A stretch of 64,000 bases of DNA from Squalus acanthias (taxonomy: Eukaryota). The notes under the pieces are model-generated. The model did not search any database, was not told where the DNA came from, and was given only the letters and a program-made list of their open reading frames with translations. The translations under genes were made by a program, and so were the position numbers. The first letter of the stretch is position 1. Every line of letters starts with the position of its first letter. The stretch is from NCBI GenBank assembly GCA_030390025.1, contig CM059432.1, positions 111,044,001 to 111,108,000 of the forward strand, written 5' to 3'. Of this stretch, positions 38,726 to 50,653 are shown piece by piece.

Positions 38726-38784
38726 GAGAGGCTGGCCAGCAGAGCATTGGAACAGTCAAGTCTAGAGGTGTCAAAAGCATGGAT

Positions 38785-39790
38785 GACTTTGCCTCTGTGT
38801 TGTCAGACTGTTTGTCTAAAATCCAGTCTTGGATGAGCCACAATGTTTTCCAATTAAACATTGGGAAGACCAAAGCCATTGTCTGCTGCCCCTGCCACAA
38901 AGCCCATTCCCTAGTCATTGATTCCCCTCCCTGGACACTATCTCAGGCTGAACTAGACTGTTTACAATCAATGTTCCCTATAATTTGTTTGGCGCCGTGC
39001 GGCCCCTTTAAGGGGCTGCACTGGCCATTCAAAATACTGCCCATACGCGGTTTTTGCATTGAAAAGCCAGCTTTGCGGGGTCCCTGGAGCGTCACACGGT
39101 CACACCTCTTACAGGAAACATTGTTTACAATCTGATTGTCCTATTTGACCCTGAGCTGAGCTTCCAACTCCATATCCTTTCCATCACAAAGGCTGCCTAC
39201 TTCCATCTCCATAACTTCGCCAACCTCTGGCCCTACCTCTGCTCACATGCTTTTGAAATCTTCATTTATGCCTTTGTCATCTCCAGACTCGACTATTCCA
39301 ATGTTCTCTTGGCCACCCCCACCCATCCTCCACCTGCCCTAAATGTAAGCATTGGTTATATCTTATCTTATTGGATATCTTATCCTGCATCAAGTCCCAC
39401 TCACCCATCATCTCTGTCCTCGCTGACCTACATTGGCTTCTGGTCTCCCAACACCTTCTTGTGTTAAAATCTATGCAGGGCCTCACCTCTCCCTGTCTCT
39501 GTAACCTTCTCCAGCTCTACTCCCCAAATTCTTCGATCCTCCAACTCTGGCTTTTTGTGCACCTCCCCCACCCTTCGTTCCACCATTGACAGCCACGCCT
39601 TCAGCCACCTCTCTCTCCTCCTTTTAGACCCGCCTTAAATCCCACCTCTTTGACCAAGCTTTAGGCCATCCCTCCGAATATTCCCTTCTTTGGCTCAGAC
39701 TCCATTTTTAATGGAATTACGCCTCTGTGAAGCGCCTTGGGACTTTATTCAATGTTTAAGGTGCTATATCAATATAAGTTGCTGTTGCTG
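38785..39790 (+). mobile_element. L2 LINE 3' fragment (decayed)
   Basis: 'LSDCLSKIQSWMSHNVFQLNIGKTK', 'SRLDY', 'SPIISVLADLHWL'; tail 'TGTGAAGCGCCTTGGGAC...GGTGCTATAT'. Confidence 0.82.
38969..39123. mobile_element. hAT-type MITE (155 bp)
   Basis: TIRs CAATGTTCCCT / AGGAAACATTG; perfect 8-bp TSD TTTACAAT (38961-38968 and 39124-39131). Confidence 0.85.
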
Positions 39791-40323
39791 TTGGTGGTGT
39801 TCCCATACCAATTTTTCTCAGAATGACAAACTTTTTTCTCATCTGCTTCCAGTTTTTGGGGATGTCGTTGACCCTTTCCACCACCTTCACCCATGCAGTG
39901 CAAATGGATTTTCTGTGAGGAGGATGGCTTTCTGGCCCAGAGGAAACAACCTCCTTCTTTAGATTTAGGGGGCGAAATTCATTCTCGTCCAGGAATGGGC
40001 GGTAACTTCAGAAAAGTTTGAGATTTAGCGCCAGGAACTAATGAATCTCGCTGCATGCAAAATTCAGAGCCATCGCTCAAAGAAAGGATGGGAGCCCTAA
40101 ATCAAGCGCTAACGATCTAGCTCAGTGGCGTTAGACTCAAAGCGCTAAGCAATTTCAGGGGCAACCTAATTGCTCGTCATCATTGCCACGGGCTCTTTAC
40201 AGTTCTTAAAGGGGAGGTTCATTGATGCTGCAGAACCTCATTCTCAGCATTGCTGGCTGTGAACCTGTGTTAGCAAGCAGGAGCAGGCCAAGCCCAAGGA
40301 GCCAGATGACTCAAGCAGGTGTC

Positions 40324-41628
40324 ATGATGCCAGATCCACGCCCCAGGGAGAGAGCCCGCAGATTTTAGGATCAATCATTGGAGGAGTTGTTGTCCACTGT
40401 GGAGAGACGGAGGGCGGAGCTCTACCTGGCAAGTGGCAGGAGGCTCTCGTCGCAAGTCTTCCGCGCCATATGCAGGGAGGTTGGCCAGCATGTCTCGGGC
40501 AGCACTGTGGTCTCCAGGACCCACACACAGTGCAGGGAGAAATTTAACGACCTCACTTGGGTAGTCAGGGTGAGTCAATGCTTCAACAAATGCTACATAC
40601 CACCATCTGAACCTCAGTCTGCACACGCTGGCCAAAACACCACATCCCCCACGCTCACCCACCAACAATCTCCACCTACCAACACTCACATCCACATCTC
40701 ACACCTTGCACACAATGACAGCTATTCAACTATGGCAGGCACACAGACTGCAGCGGTTCAAGAAGGCGGCTCACCACCACCTTCTCAAAGGCAATTAGGG
40801 ATGGGCAATAAATGCTGGCTTTGCCAGCGACACCCACATCCCAAAAAACGAATACAAAAAAAAAATCACACAAACACATTGCTCCACACTCACTCACACA
40901 CTTTCCATTCTCTTGCAGGCCAAGGTGGCTCACAACAGGAGGGAGCAGGAGCACACAGGCGGGGGACAAGCTGACAACCAACCAACCACTCCCAGAGAGA
41001 CTGTGGCGACTCAGACCTGATGCCGCGTGTGATGGGCGATCTGGCAGCTTCCATTGCAGCACAGGCGGAAGCAACGCAACGTCTTAGTGCTGTAATGCAG
41101 TCTATGCTTGGTGGCATCGATTCTCAGACTGCTCTCATGCAGTCTCAGCTTGATGCCACGCAAGCTCTGACTGCTGCCATCGTGGCTGGGTCTACCACCA
41201 TCCACCGGGGCTTTCACGGTGTCGCAGCAGGCCAGCAATCTGTGCTCCAACAGATTACTAGGGATGCTGAGATGCTGCCCCGGGGGAGTGGCAGTGGGTC
41301 AGTGGAGCAGGAACCTGCTGTCCTCTCTCAGGATAACAGCATTCCTGCTCCCACCACTGGCACTCCGCCATTGCCCTTGTCGCTGCCTGTCATCCAGCCA
41401 GCCCAGACTGCTGCCGCCCATGCTGAGGCGGTGCAGTCTGCAGCCGAGCCTTCCAGCCCCAGAGCTGGTCGAGGGCGTCCTGCAAGGCTATCTTATGTGT
41501 CCCGCATGGACAATCAGCAGCCTTCCACCCGCCCTGCTGCAGCCATTGGGCCAACACTTTGTAGGAGCACAAGAGTGGACAAAGGCACAGTAACGAGAGG
41601 CACTAAGGGATTGCACAAGGGTGAATAG
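40324..41628 (+). pseudogene. Harbinger C Myb/SANT-like gene (internal deletion; LINE tail 40746-40865 in intron 1)
   Basis: 'ELLSTVERRRAELYLASGRR...RTHTQCREKFNDLTWVVR|GTGAGT', TTGCAG|AKVAHNRRE, C-terminal ORF 41020-41628. Confidence 0.85.
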
Positions 41629-41793
41629 TTAATATTGTTGTTGTAAATATGTGTTAACTGATTATTGATAAATGTATTAATTCAGTTTGGATTATTTTGT
41701 GGTGTCTCTCATTTCAGCTTTGCGCTGTGAAATGGCCTGCGACAGGGATGGAATGATAGGGACATGGTGAGCAACGGGGACCTGGGGCTTAAG

Positions 41794-43010
41794 TTATTGG
41801 AACCGCAGTCTGATGAGGCGGTGACGGACCGCCCTTCCAGAAGGCTGATGGAGTGGCTGCCTCCTCCCTCGCTCCTGTTCCTCCTCCTCCTCCTTCTCGT
41901 CCTCCTCATTTTCCTTTTCCTCCTCCTCTCCCTCTTCCTCCTCCTGAGGTGGTCCTGCAATCCCTGGTGGAAAGGGCTGGGCCCTCATGATGGTCAAAAG
42001 GAGACGACGACAAAATGGGACACCTGCTCAGCTGAGTACTGGAGGGCTCCTCCCAAGTGGTCACCCTGATGATCTGCTCGATGATGTTCCTGGTGGCGGC
42101 ATGGCTCTCATTATATGAGTGCTGTGCAGGAGTGTTGGGGTTGCGGAGGGGAGTCATGAGCCAGGTGGAGAGCGGATAGCCTTTGTCTCCGACCAGCCAG
42201 CCGCTAGCTTGACGTGGTGGCTGTAAGAATGCTGGTCTGGTGCAGGATGAAGGCATCGTGGCTGTTACCAGGATAGAGGGCATCCACATTGAGAAAGGTC
42301 TTCGACCTGAAACGTTAACTCTGTTTCTCTCTCCACGGATACTGCCTGGCCTGCTGAGTTTTTCCAGCGTTTCCTGTTGTTATATTGAGAATTCACCGTG
42401 TGTGGTCGTACTCCAACTGCACATTAAGTGAGTGGTAGCCTTTGCGGTTATGGAAGACCTCAGGATTGTTATGCGGTGCCCGCAAAGCCACATGGGTGCA
42501 ATCAATGGCGCCCTGCACCATGGAGAATCCCGCTATCCTGGCAAAGCCACATGCACGCTCGTCCTGCTTCTCTCTGGTGATGGGGAAGGAAATGTAATCC
42601 CTTCTCCTACTGCAGAGAACCTCTATGACCTCCCGGATGTAGCAATGGACGGTGAACTGTGAGATGTTAGCTATATCTCCTGTTGCAGACTGGAAGGATC
42701 TGCTGGTGAAGAAATTGAGGGCGACGGTGACCTTGACTGCCACTGAGAGAGCCATGGTTGTCCTGATCTGAGGCTTGAGGTCTGGTTGCAGGAGGTGGCA
42801 GAGTTCTGTGACCACCTCCTTGGTGAAGTGGGGCCTTCTAATACACTGCTCCTCACTTAATTGAAGGTAGGAGAAGTGCTGTCGGAATACCCTCGGAGGG
42901 TAAGGCCTCCTATTGAGAGCCCTCATGGCCCTCCTCCTCCCTCTGGCTACATGTTCCAATCTTTCTCGCTGCCTACTGAGGGCGAGGTCGACTGCCAGTA
43001 CCGCCCCCAT
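41794..43010 (-). pseudogene. Harbinger C DDE transposase (interrupted and frameshifted)
   Basis: 'GAIDCTHVALRAP', '[18 protein letters not shown]', 'TRNIIEQ', acidic tail. Confidence 0.92.
42296..42383 (+). mobile_element. 88-bp Penelope-like/retrozyme-type fragment with partial hammerhead core, inserted in transposase C
   Basis: 8-bp TSD ATTGAGAA (42288-42295, 42384-42391). Begins AGGTC-TTC-GACCT-GAAA-CG-TT (stem II + GAAA + AACGTT palindrome). Confidence 0.6.
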
Positions 43011-43884
43011 TAATGTAACCAAGTGTAGCACTTTGATATGTTGTGAGAATAAATGTAACTAATTTTTAGTAGCCACAACACTCCTGATACTAAACAACCT
43101 TTAAATGACTAAATTAAACTGTTGCACAATGTCAAACTGACAAAGAAGCAGTGAAACAGCACTAACCTGAGAGCTGCGACTCATTACTCATGCTCCCTTT
43201 AAGTAGCGCCCCCCGCCAGGCACTAATTGGAGGCCTTAAGGTACTGAATTTCTCCGCCTCTGTACCTCAAGTATTGGGCAGTTCTGCTGCTTCTTTCCTT
43301 CATGTGGCTGCATTACATTGGAGGAGTTCCAGCAATAAATTTGGGCCTGGCCAAACCACGAGCTACTCCCATTTTAAGGAAATATAACTCCCACAAACAG
43401 TGAACTCTCAATGCCAAACCCAACCTGGGTCAGGAGCTTGCAGAAAATATTTCAATGGACTGACCTCAACGATAATGTGAGAGTTGCTTTTCCAAATACA
43501 GTCCATTTAAACTTCAAGCAGTATAATGTAGCAGGGAAATAAATTCTACATTGTGTCTCATAAGACATGTTCTTACAGTGTGTTAAATAATAGTATTGTA
43601 TTGCTTTATTTTCTTGCACATCAAAGATAAAAACATTTAATCACTGCAGCATTTCTTACCTGTGCTTCAAGAATTTTCCCCACTGAGCACTGTTTTCAAT
43701 GCACACTAATTTACATCAGATATTATAAAGCAGGATAAGATCATTGTGCAATCAATACAAATGCTGTGACTCACCAATCATAATCTTGGATAATCTTTGG
43801 TACACTTGGCCAGAACATTGGCTTTTACATTGCTAATTGTGCCCTTTACTCTCTCTGCATAAACACTCTGCCCACTGCTGATGT

Positions 43885-44044
43885 GACTAACTGGTATTGT
43901 ATAAAACACCAGTTAGGCCTCATGCGACTAACTGGTATTGTATAAAACACTAGTTAGGCCTCATGCGACTAACTGGTATTGTATAAAACACTAGTTAGGC
44001 CTCATGCGACTAACTGGTATTGTATAAAACACTAGTTAGGCCTC
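43885..44044 (+). repeat. 41-bp tandem repeat (~4 copies) spanning a CR1 5' junction
   Basis: Unit GACTAACTGGTATTGTATAAAACACTAGTTAGGCCTCATGC at 43885, 43926, 43967, 44008. Confidence 0.92.
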
Positions 44045-44605
44045 AGCTAGAGTACTGCGTGCAGTCCTGGTCACCACATTACAGGAAAGATGTGATTGCA
44101 CTAGAGAGGGTACAGAGGAGATTTACAAGGATGTTGCCGGGAGTAGAGAATCTTAGCTATGAGGAAAGACTGGATAGGCTGGGTCTGTTTTCCTTGGAAC
44201 AGAGGAGGCTGAGGGGAGAACTTATTGAGGTGTATAACATTATGAGGGGCCTAGATAAAGTGGATAGAAAGGACCTATTTCCCTTAGCAGAGGGGTCAAA
44301 AACCAGGGGGCACAGATTTAAAGTAATTGGGGGAAGGTTTAGAGGAGATTTGAGGGGAAATTTCTTCACCCAGAGGGTTGTGGGGGTCTGGAACTCACTG
44401 CCTGAAAGGGTGGTAGAGGCAGGAACCCTAACCACATTTAAAAAGTACTCGGATGTGCACTTGGGATGCTCTAACCTGCAGGGCTATGGACCAAGAGCTG
44501 GGAAGTGGGATTAGGCTGGATAGCTCTTTGTTGGCCGGCGCGGACACGAAGGGCCGAAATGGCCTCCTTCCGAGCTGTAACTTTCTATGATTCTATGATT
44601 CTATG
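44020..44605 (+). mobile_element. CR1 3' fragment
   Basis: ORF 44020-44514; (TTCTATGA)3 tail. Confidence 0.93.
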
Positions 44606-44828
44606 AAGTTTAAACCATGTCCGAAAGCTGTTTACATCTATAGTTAGACAGTTTTTGGAACTGTAGTTATCAAACAGTAATTGGTTTCTCTTTACAGATC
44701 AGAGACACTGAATCTGAAGCTCTATTCTCTGCTGTTACCATGCCAGCAATTTGCTTCATGCCAAGACAATTTCCAGTACAGAGATATTAGGACAGGTGAC
44801 CAAGAGGTTGGTCTTAAAGGAAGAAAGT

Positions 44829-45677
44829 GAGAAGTCGCACAACACCAGGTTATAGTCCAACAGTTTTATTTGAAATCACAAGCTTTCGGAGCTGCTGCCC
44901 CTTCGTCAGGTGAAGTGAAGGAATACGAATCGGCAAAGCATATATAGACAGAGAACAATGCCTGTGCAGCGTACAATGTCAGACGACTACAGTTAATCTT
45001 TCTGACTGCCTTTTATCACACCTCGGCAGAGAAACAATCAGGTCAGGAAGGCATTATATCAAAGACATAGCAAGATACAGCTAAGACAATGAGGTGGGGT
45101 CACAGGGGGCCTAATGTGTCAAATGCAGTCTGTATGGAAAACCATAAACTTCAAAATTTTTACTTTTTTTTACTGGAAATCACATCTGTGAACAAGCCAA
45201 CGATGACTCGAGTCTGGATGACTCTACGTCATGTAGCGTGACATGAACCCAAGGTCCCGGTTGAGGCCATCCTCATGGGTGCGGAACTTGGCTATCAGTT
45301 TCTGCTCGATGATTTTGCGTTGTCGTGTGTCTCGAAGGCCGCCTTGGAGAACGCTTACCCGCAGATCCGAGGCTGAATGTCCTTGACTGCTGAAGTGTTC
45401 CCCGACTGGGAGGTAACAATCCTGCCTGGCGATTGTTGCGCGGTGTCCGTTCATACGTTGTCTCAGTGTCTGCATGGTCTCGCCGATGTACCATGCTCTG
45501 GGGCATCCTTTACTGCAACGTATGAGGTAGACAACGTTGGCCGAGTCACATGAGTATGTACCATGTACCTGGTGGGTAGTATCCTCACGTGTGATGATGG
45601 TATCTGTGTTGATGATCTGGCATGTCTTGCAGAGGTTGCCGTGGCAGGGTTGTGTGGTGTCGTGGTCGCTGTTCTCC
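44829..45677 (-). mobile_element. Penelope-like element 3' end (GIY-YIG endonuclease plus terminal region)
   Basis: Minus strand reads 'SANVVYLIRCSKGCPRAWYIGETMQTLRQRMNGHR...EQKLIAKFRTHEDGLN'. Flanked by duplicated TTAAAGGAAGA.AG. Confidence 0.88.
44876..44913 (-). ncRNA. Minimal type I hammerhead ribozyme of the Penelope-like element
   Basis: Minus strand: TCAC-CTGACGA-A-GGGGC-AGCA-GCTCC-GAAA-GC-TT-GTGA. Intact CUGANGA and GAAA core, stem I TCAC/GTGA, stem II, palindromic AAGCTT stem III, followed by AATAAA. Confidence 0.8.
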
Positions 45678-48600
45678 TTAAAGGAAGAGAGAGAGGTAGC
45701 GAGGCAGAGAGGTTTAGGCAGGGAATTCCAGAGCTTAGTGCTTGGGAATAGAAGGCACAGTCACCAATGATGGAGTGATGAAAATTGGGGATGCTTCAAG
45801 AGGCTAGAATTAGAGGAGCGCAGATATCTTGGGGGTTTGTGGGGCTGAAGGAGGTTACAGAGATAGGGAGGGGGTGAGGCCATGGAGGGATTTGAAAACA
45901 AGGATGAGAATTTTAAAATTGATGCTTGCCGGACCGGGAGCCAATGTAGGTCAGCGAGCACGGGGGTGAACGGTACTTGGTGCGAGTTAGGACATGGGAA
46001 GCAGATACTCCAGATATATAAGGGTAAAAGTGACATTAGCCTGGAAATGACTTTGAGAGATGTTATTTTACAAACATTTAACACAGACTTTGCAAATTCC
46101 TCTTTGCTATTTTAATGGAGACATTAACCTGTTTGCCTCTTAAATATAGTGGAGAGAGGAATTTGTTATAAATGATAGCATCTAATTTCCATGCTATTGT
46201 GATTTGGCCCATACAAATACCTCATGTAATCCATTCTCCATCCCATGCATTTTTTTATTTGTTCTCCAGTTATGAGCAACGCTAGTGAGCATGCATTTAT
46301 TTCCATTGTTTCTTTTGACAATGTGTGGGTTGCTAATCCACTTCAGAGGGTATTGAGTCAACTATGTATTGTAGGAACTAAATAAACTAAATAGTGGGGG
46401 GAGGGTTCAGGTGAAGGGGAATTTAGAAAGTCAAAGAGAAAGGAGAAGGCAATAGTGCAGGGTAGCGATAAGCGTAATGATAACCAGAGTGTGACAGGAG
46501 GAGACAGAACTTATGAACATAAGCGTGCACCAGCAACTAGTTTCAGAGTAGGTAAAAATGATATAAAGAAAAAATTAAAAGCTCTTTGTCTGAATGCACG
46601 CAGCATTCGTAACAAGATAGATGAGTTGACGGCACAAATAGAAATAAATGGGTGTGATCTGATAACCATTACAGAGACGTGGTTGCAAGGTGATCAAGGC
46701 TGGGAACTGAATATTCAGGGGTATTTGACATTTCGGAAGGATAGGCAGAAAGGAAAAGGAGGTGGGGTAACTCTGTTAATAAAGGATGAGATCAGTGCAG
46801 TGGTGAGAAATGATATTGGCTCAGAAGATCAAGATGTAGAATCAGTTTGGGTGGAGATAAGAAATAGTAAGGGAAAGAAGTTACTGGTGGGAGTAGTCTA
46901 TAGGCCCCCTAACAATAGCTACACTGTAGGACAGAGTATAAATCAAGAAATAATAGGGGCTTGTAAGAAAGGTACTGCAATAATCTTGGGCGATTTTAAT
47001 CTTCATATAGATTGGACAAATCAAATTGGTCAGGGTAGCCTTGAGGACAAGTTCATAGAATGTATTCGGGATGGTTTCTTAGAACAATATGTTGTGGAAA
47101 CAACTAGGGAGAAGGTTATTTTAGATCTGGTAATGTGTAATGAGACAGGATTAATTAATGATCTCATAGTAAAGGATCCTCCAGGGAAGAGTGATCATAG
47201 CATGGTAGAATTTCAAATTTAGTTTGAGGGTGAGTAACTTGGGTCTGAAACTAGTGTCCTAAACTTAAATAAAGGCAATTACAAAGGTATGAAGACAGAG
47301 TTGGCTAAAGTAGACTGGGAAAATAGATTAAAGGGTAAGACGGTAGATAAGCAGTGGCAGACATTTAAGGAGATATTTCATAGCTCCCAGCAAAGGTTTA
47401 TTCCAGTGAGAAAGAAAGACTCTATGAGAAGGATGAACCATCCGTGGCTAACTAAGGAAGTTAAGGATGGTATCAAATTGAAAGAAAAGGCATACAATGT
47501 TGTGAAGATTAGTGGTAGGCCAGAGGATTGGGAAATTTTTAGAAACCAGCAAAGGATGACTAAAAAAATAATAAAGAGGGAGAAGATAGATTATGAAAGT
47601 AAACTAGCAAAAAATATAAAAACAAACACTGAGAACTTCTACAGGTATATAAAAGGGAAGAATTTAGCTAAAGTAAATGTTGGTCCCTTAGAGGATGGGA
47701 CTGGGGAATTAATAATGGGAAACAGGGAAATGGCAGAGACTTTGAACAAATATTTTGTATTGGTCTTCATGGTAGAAGACACTGAAAGCATCCCAATAAT
47801 AATTGATAATCAAGGGGCTATAGGGAGGGAGGAACTTAAAACAATGACTATCATTAGAGAAAAAGTACTAGGCAAACTAGTGGGACTAAAGGCTGACAAA
47901 TCCCCTGGACCTGATGGCCTACATCCTAGGGTCTTAAAAGAAGTGGCTGCAGATAGTGGATGCATTGCTTGTAATCTACCAAAATTCCATGGATTCTGGA
48001 GAGGTCCCAGCGGATTGGAAAATCGCAAATGTAACGCCGCTATTCAAGAAAGGAGGGAGGCAAAAAATAGGAAACTATAGGCCAATTAGCCTATAATCTG
48101 TCATTGGGAAAATGCTGGAATCCATTATTAAGGAAGTAATAGCTGGACATTTAGAAAATCATAATACAATCAAGCAGAGTCAACATGGTTTTATGAAAGG
48201 GAAATCGTGTTTGACAAATTTACTAGAGTTCTTTGAGGATGTAACGAGCAGGGTGGATAAAGGGATAAAGTAGATGAAGTGTTTTTGGATTTCCAGAAGG
48301 CATTCGATAAGGTGTCACATAAAAGGTTACTGCACAAGATAAGAGCTCACGGGGTTGGGGGTAATATATTAGCATGGATAGAGGATTGGCTAACTAACAG
48401 AAAACAAAGAGTTGGGATAAATGGGTCATTTTCCAGTTGGCAAACTGTAACTAGTGGGGTGCCACAGGGATCAGTGCTGTGGCCTCAACTATTTACAATC
48501 TATATTAATGACTTGGATGAAGGGTCGTGTGTACTGTAGCCAAATTTGATGATGATACAAAGATAGGTGGGTTAGCAAGTTGTGAGGAGGACACAAAGGG

Positions 48601-49127
48601 CTGGATTTTGAATGCCCCATGGAGTCGGGTTTGGAGGCGTGTGGGGGGTTAAAGTAGCAGATTCGGGGGTCCCGACCTCATCCCGACTCCAACACGCCTC
48701 CACGCAATTTTGACAAAATCGGTCGCGGGGTTCCCGACTCCGTCCTGCCTCCAAGAGGCGCGAAAGGCCATTATCGCTCTTAACTATCCCTAAAGTGGCT
48801 CAGTAATGCCATTTTGAACCATTTTAGGCACTTTAACCCTTTTCCCTTGTGAAGCACGCCTGATGGGAAACACTCCAGTGAAACCTGGCGGGAGCACAAG
48901 TGGATTGCTGACTATCAGCTGCAGCGCAACCTTTAAATAGGAGATTTGATCAGCCATCAATTGTAGGTGGCAGGACTTTGTTGTAACAGGTCTGAGGGAA
49001 CTTTTAGAAGGCATAACCACAGCTCTGGAAGTTTGGAGCCTGACACCCATCTGCAGTGTGACCTCCTGGGAAACCCCTCTCGCCACCCTCATTGAGGGCT
49101 TCCTCAACTGAGACATATACCAGAGGC

Positions 49128-50396
49128 ATGGGAGCCATTTATTTCCTTCCCTCCTGGATATCTGATGAGGAGGAACAGCAGCCGCAGCACCAGCAGAACC
49201 ATGAACAACAGCACCACCAGCAGCAGCAGCAACAGCAGCAGCAACAGCAGGAGCGCCAAGCTGCTGCTCACCCACCTGAAGCTGCACAGGACAGAAGGGG
49301 CCAGCGCATGGAAGGCCGCAGGAGATACCCCCCAACCAGGGTCTACAGACAGAGGGTCAGCTACCTCAACATGTCTGAGCAGCAGTGCCAAAGGCGGCTC
49401 CGACTTTCGCGAGAGGTAGTGGGTGACATCTGCGCAATGCTGCAACAAGACCTGGAGCTCAGAGGACCAGGTGGACGCCCCTTGCTAGTGGCCACCAAAG
49501 TCACCACCGCACTCAACTTTTTTGCCTCAGGCTCATTCCAGGGATCAGCAGCAGACATCAGCGGCATCTCCCAGGCGGCCGCACACACCTGCATCACGCA
49601 AGTAACCGATGCCCTCTTTGCCATCGCGCACAATCACATCCATTTCACCAAGGATCGAGCAAGTGTCACGGCGCGTGCGGTTGGATTAGCTAATCTGGCA
49701 GGCTTTCCAAGGGTGCAGGGCATCGTTGACTGCACACATGTGGCCCTTAAGGCACCCCATCGCAATCCAGGTATTTTTGTCAACCGGAAGGGCTTCCACT
49801 CCCTCAACGTTCAGCTGGTGTGTGACCACAAGGAAGTTCTGCATGTTTGTGCCAAGTACCCTGGCAGTTGCCATGACTCCTTCATACTGCGCCAGTCTAG
49901 TGTGCCTCCGCTATTCAGTCCGCCAGACCAACTTCACAGATGGCTACTTGGAGATAAGGGCTATCCCCTGAAGACGTGGCTAATGACGCCGTTGAGGAGC
50001 TCATCCAATGCAGCTGAGGAGAGCTACAACTCCAGCCACATTTCCACCAGATCCATAATCGAGCAAACCATCGGTATGCTGAAGATGCGCTTCAGATGCC
50101 TGGATAGATCAGGTGGAGCCCTGCAATACTCAGCAGCCAGGGTCTCCAGAATCATCGTGGTTTGCTGTGCACTTCACAACATGGCACAGCGTCGTGGCTT
50201 GCAGATGCTGGAGGACCAAGTGGCTCCTCACATAGCCTCTTCAGATGAGGAGGAGGAGGAGGAGGAGGAGGAGGAGGAGGAGGAGGAGAGAGAGAACGAA
50301 CAAGTTGCAGAGGCCCCTCAACCAGCGGCAGCATTACGCGAGAACATAGCTGCCCGGAATGCAAGGAATGCACTCATCTTGGCCAGATTTGCTTAG
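49128..50396 (+). CDS. Harbinger DDE transposase (HARBI1-like, 422 aa from the first ATG)
   Basis: Uninterrupted ORF with catalytic motifs 'GIVDCTHV', 'LLGDKGYPL', '[15 protein letters not shown]'; HTH-like 'FFASGSFQ...GISQAAAH'; N-terminal polyQ and C-terminal polyE. Confidence 0.93.
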   Translation: MGAIYFLPSWISDEEEQQPQHQQNHEQQHHQQQQQQQQQQQERQAAAHPPEAAQDRRGQRMEGRRRYPPTRVYRQRVSYLNMSEQQCQRRLRLSREVVGDICAMLQQDLELRGPGGRPLLVATKVTTALNFFASGSFQGSAADISGISQAAAHTCITQVTDALFAIAHNHIHFTKDRASVTARAVGLANLAGFPRVQGIVDCTHVALKAPHRNPGIFVNRKGFHSLNVQLVCDHKEVLHVCAKYPGSCHDSFILRQSSVPPLFSPPDQLHRWLLGDKGYPLKTWLMTPLRSSSNAAEESYNSSHISTRSIIEQTIGMLKMRFRCLDRSGGALQYSAARVSRIIVVCCALHNMAQRRGLQMLEDQVAPHIASSDEEEEEEEEEEEEEERENEQVAEAPQPAAALRENIAARNARNALILARFA

Positions 50397-50653
50397 CCTA
50401 GACAACAAATCACTTTTGCCTCGCAGCTTCTTACCAGAGCTATGACAATGGCCCAGACCCAGCGGATCCCTAACAATGTGATCACCATACTGACAATTGC
50501 AAGTTATCCTAAGGCCTCATTGTGGAAGTCCCATTAGCGAAATGACAGACGCCACAACTGCAGCTGTAGCCATCAGAGTTTTTAATTAAACTTTAGACCT
50601 GATGGATTTTTAACAATACACATCAAAATTCACCCAAGTGACTACCCTTGTGA

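Larger units (their letters stand above)
39968..43258. mobile_element. PIF/Harbinger transposon copy C (decayed)
   Basis: Termini GGGGGCGAAATTCA / TGAATTTCTCCGCC (12/14 match). Myb gene on +, transposase on -. TSD does not match, so the right end is less certain. Confidence 0.8.
44770..45995 (-). mobile_element. L2 3' fragment split by a Penelope-like insertion
   Basis: 'TPVLADLHWLPVRQ...YLCNLLQP' on minus strand; homologous to 37100-37420. Confidence 0.75.

Noticed and set aside
43655..43770. Possible minus-strand host exon ending at CAG|GTAAGA (~43660)
   Set aside because: Only a short open frame ('CIENSAQWGKFLKH') with a weak acceptor; unrecognised.
49128..50396. Host gene HARBI1 (and NAIF1 for the partner gene)
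   Set aside because: Flanked by TIRs and a TSD inside a CR1, with several paralogous copies nearby. These are transposon genes, so no symbol was assigned.
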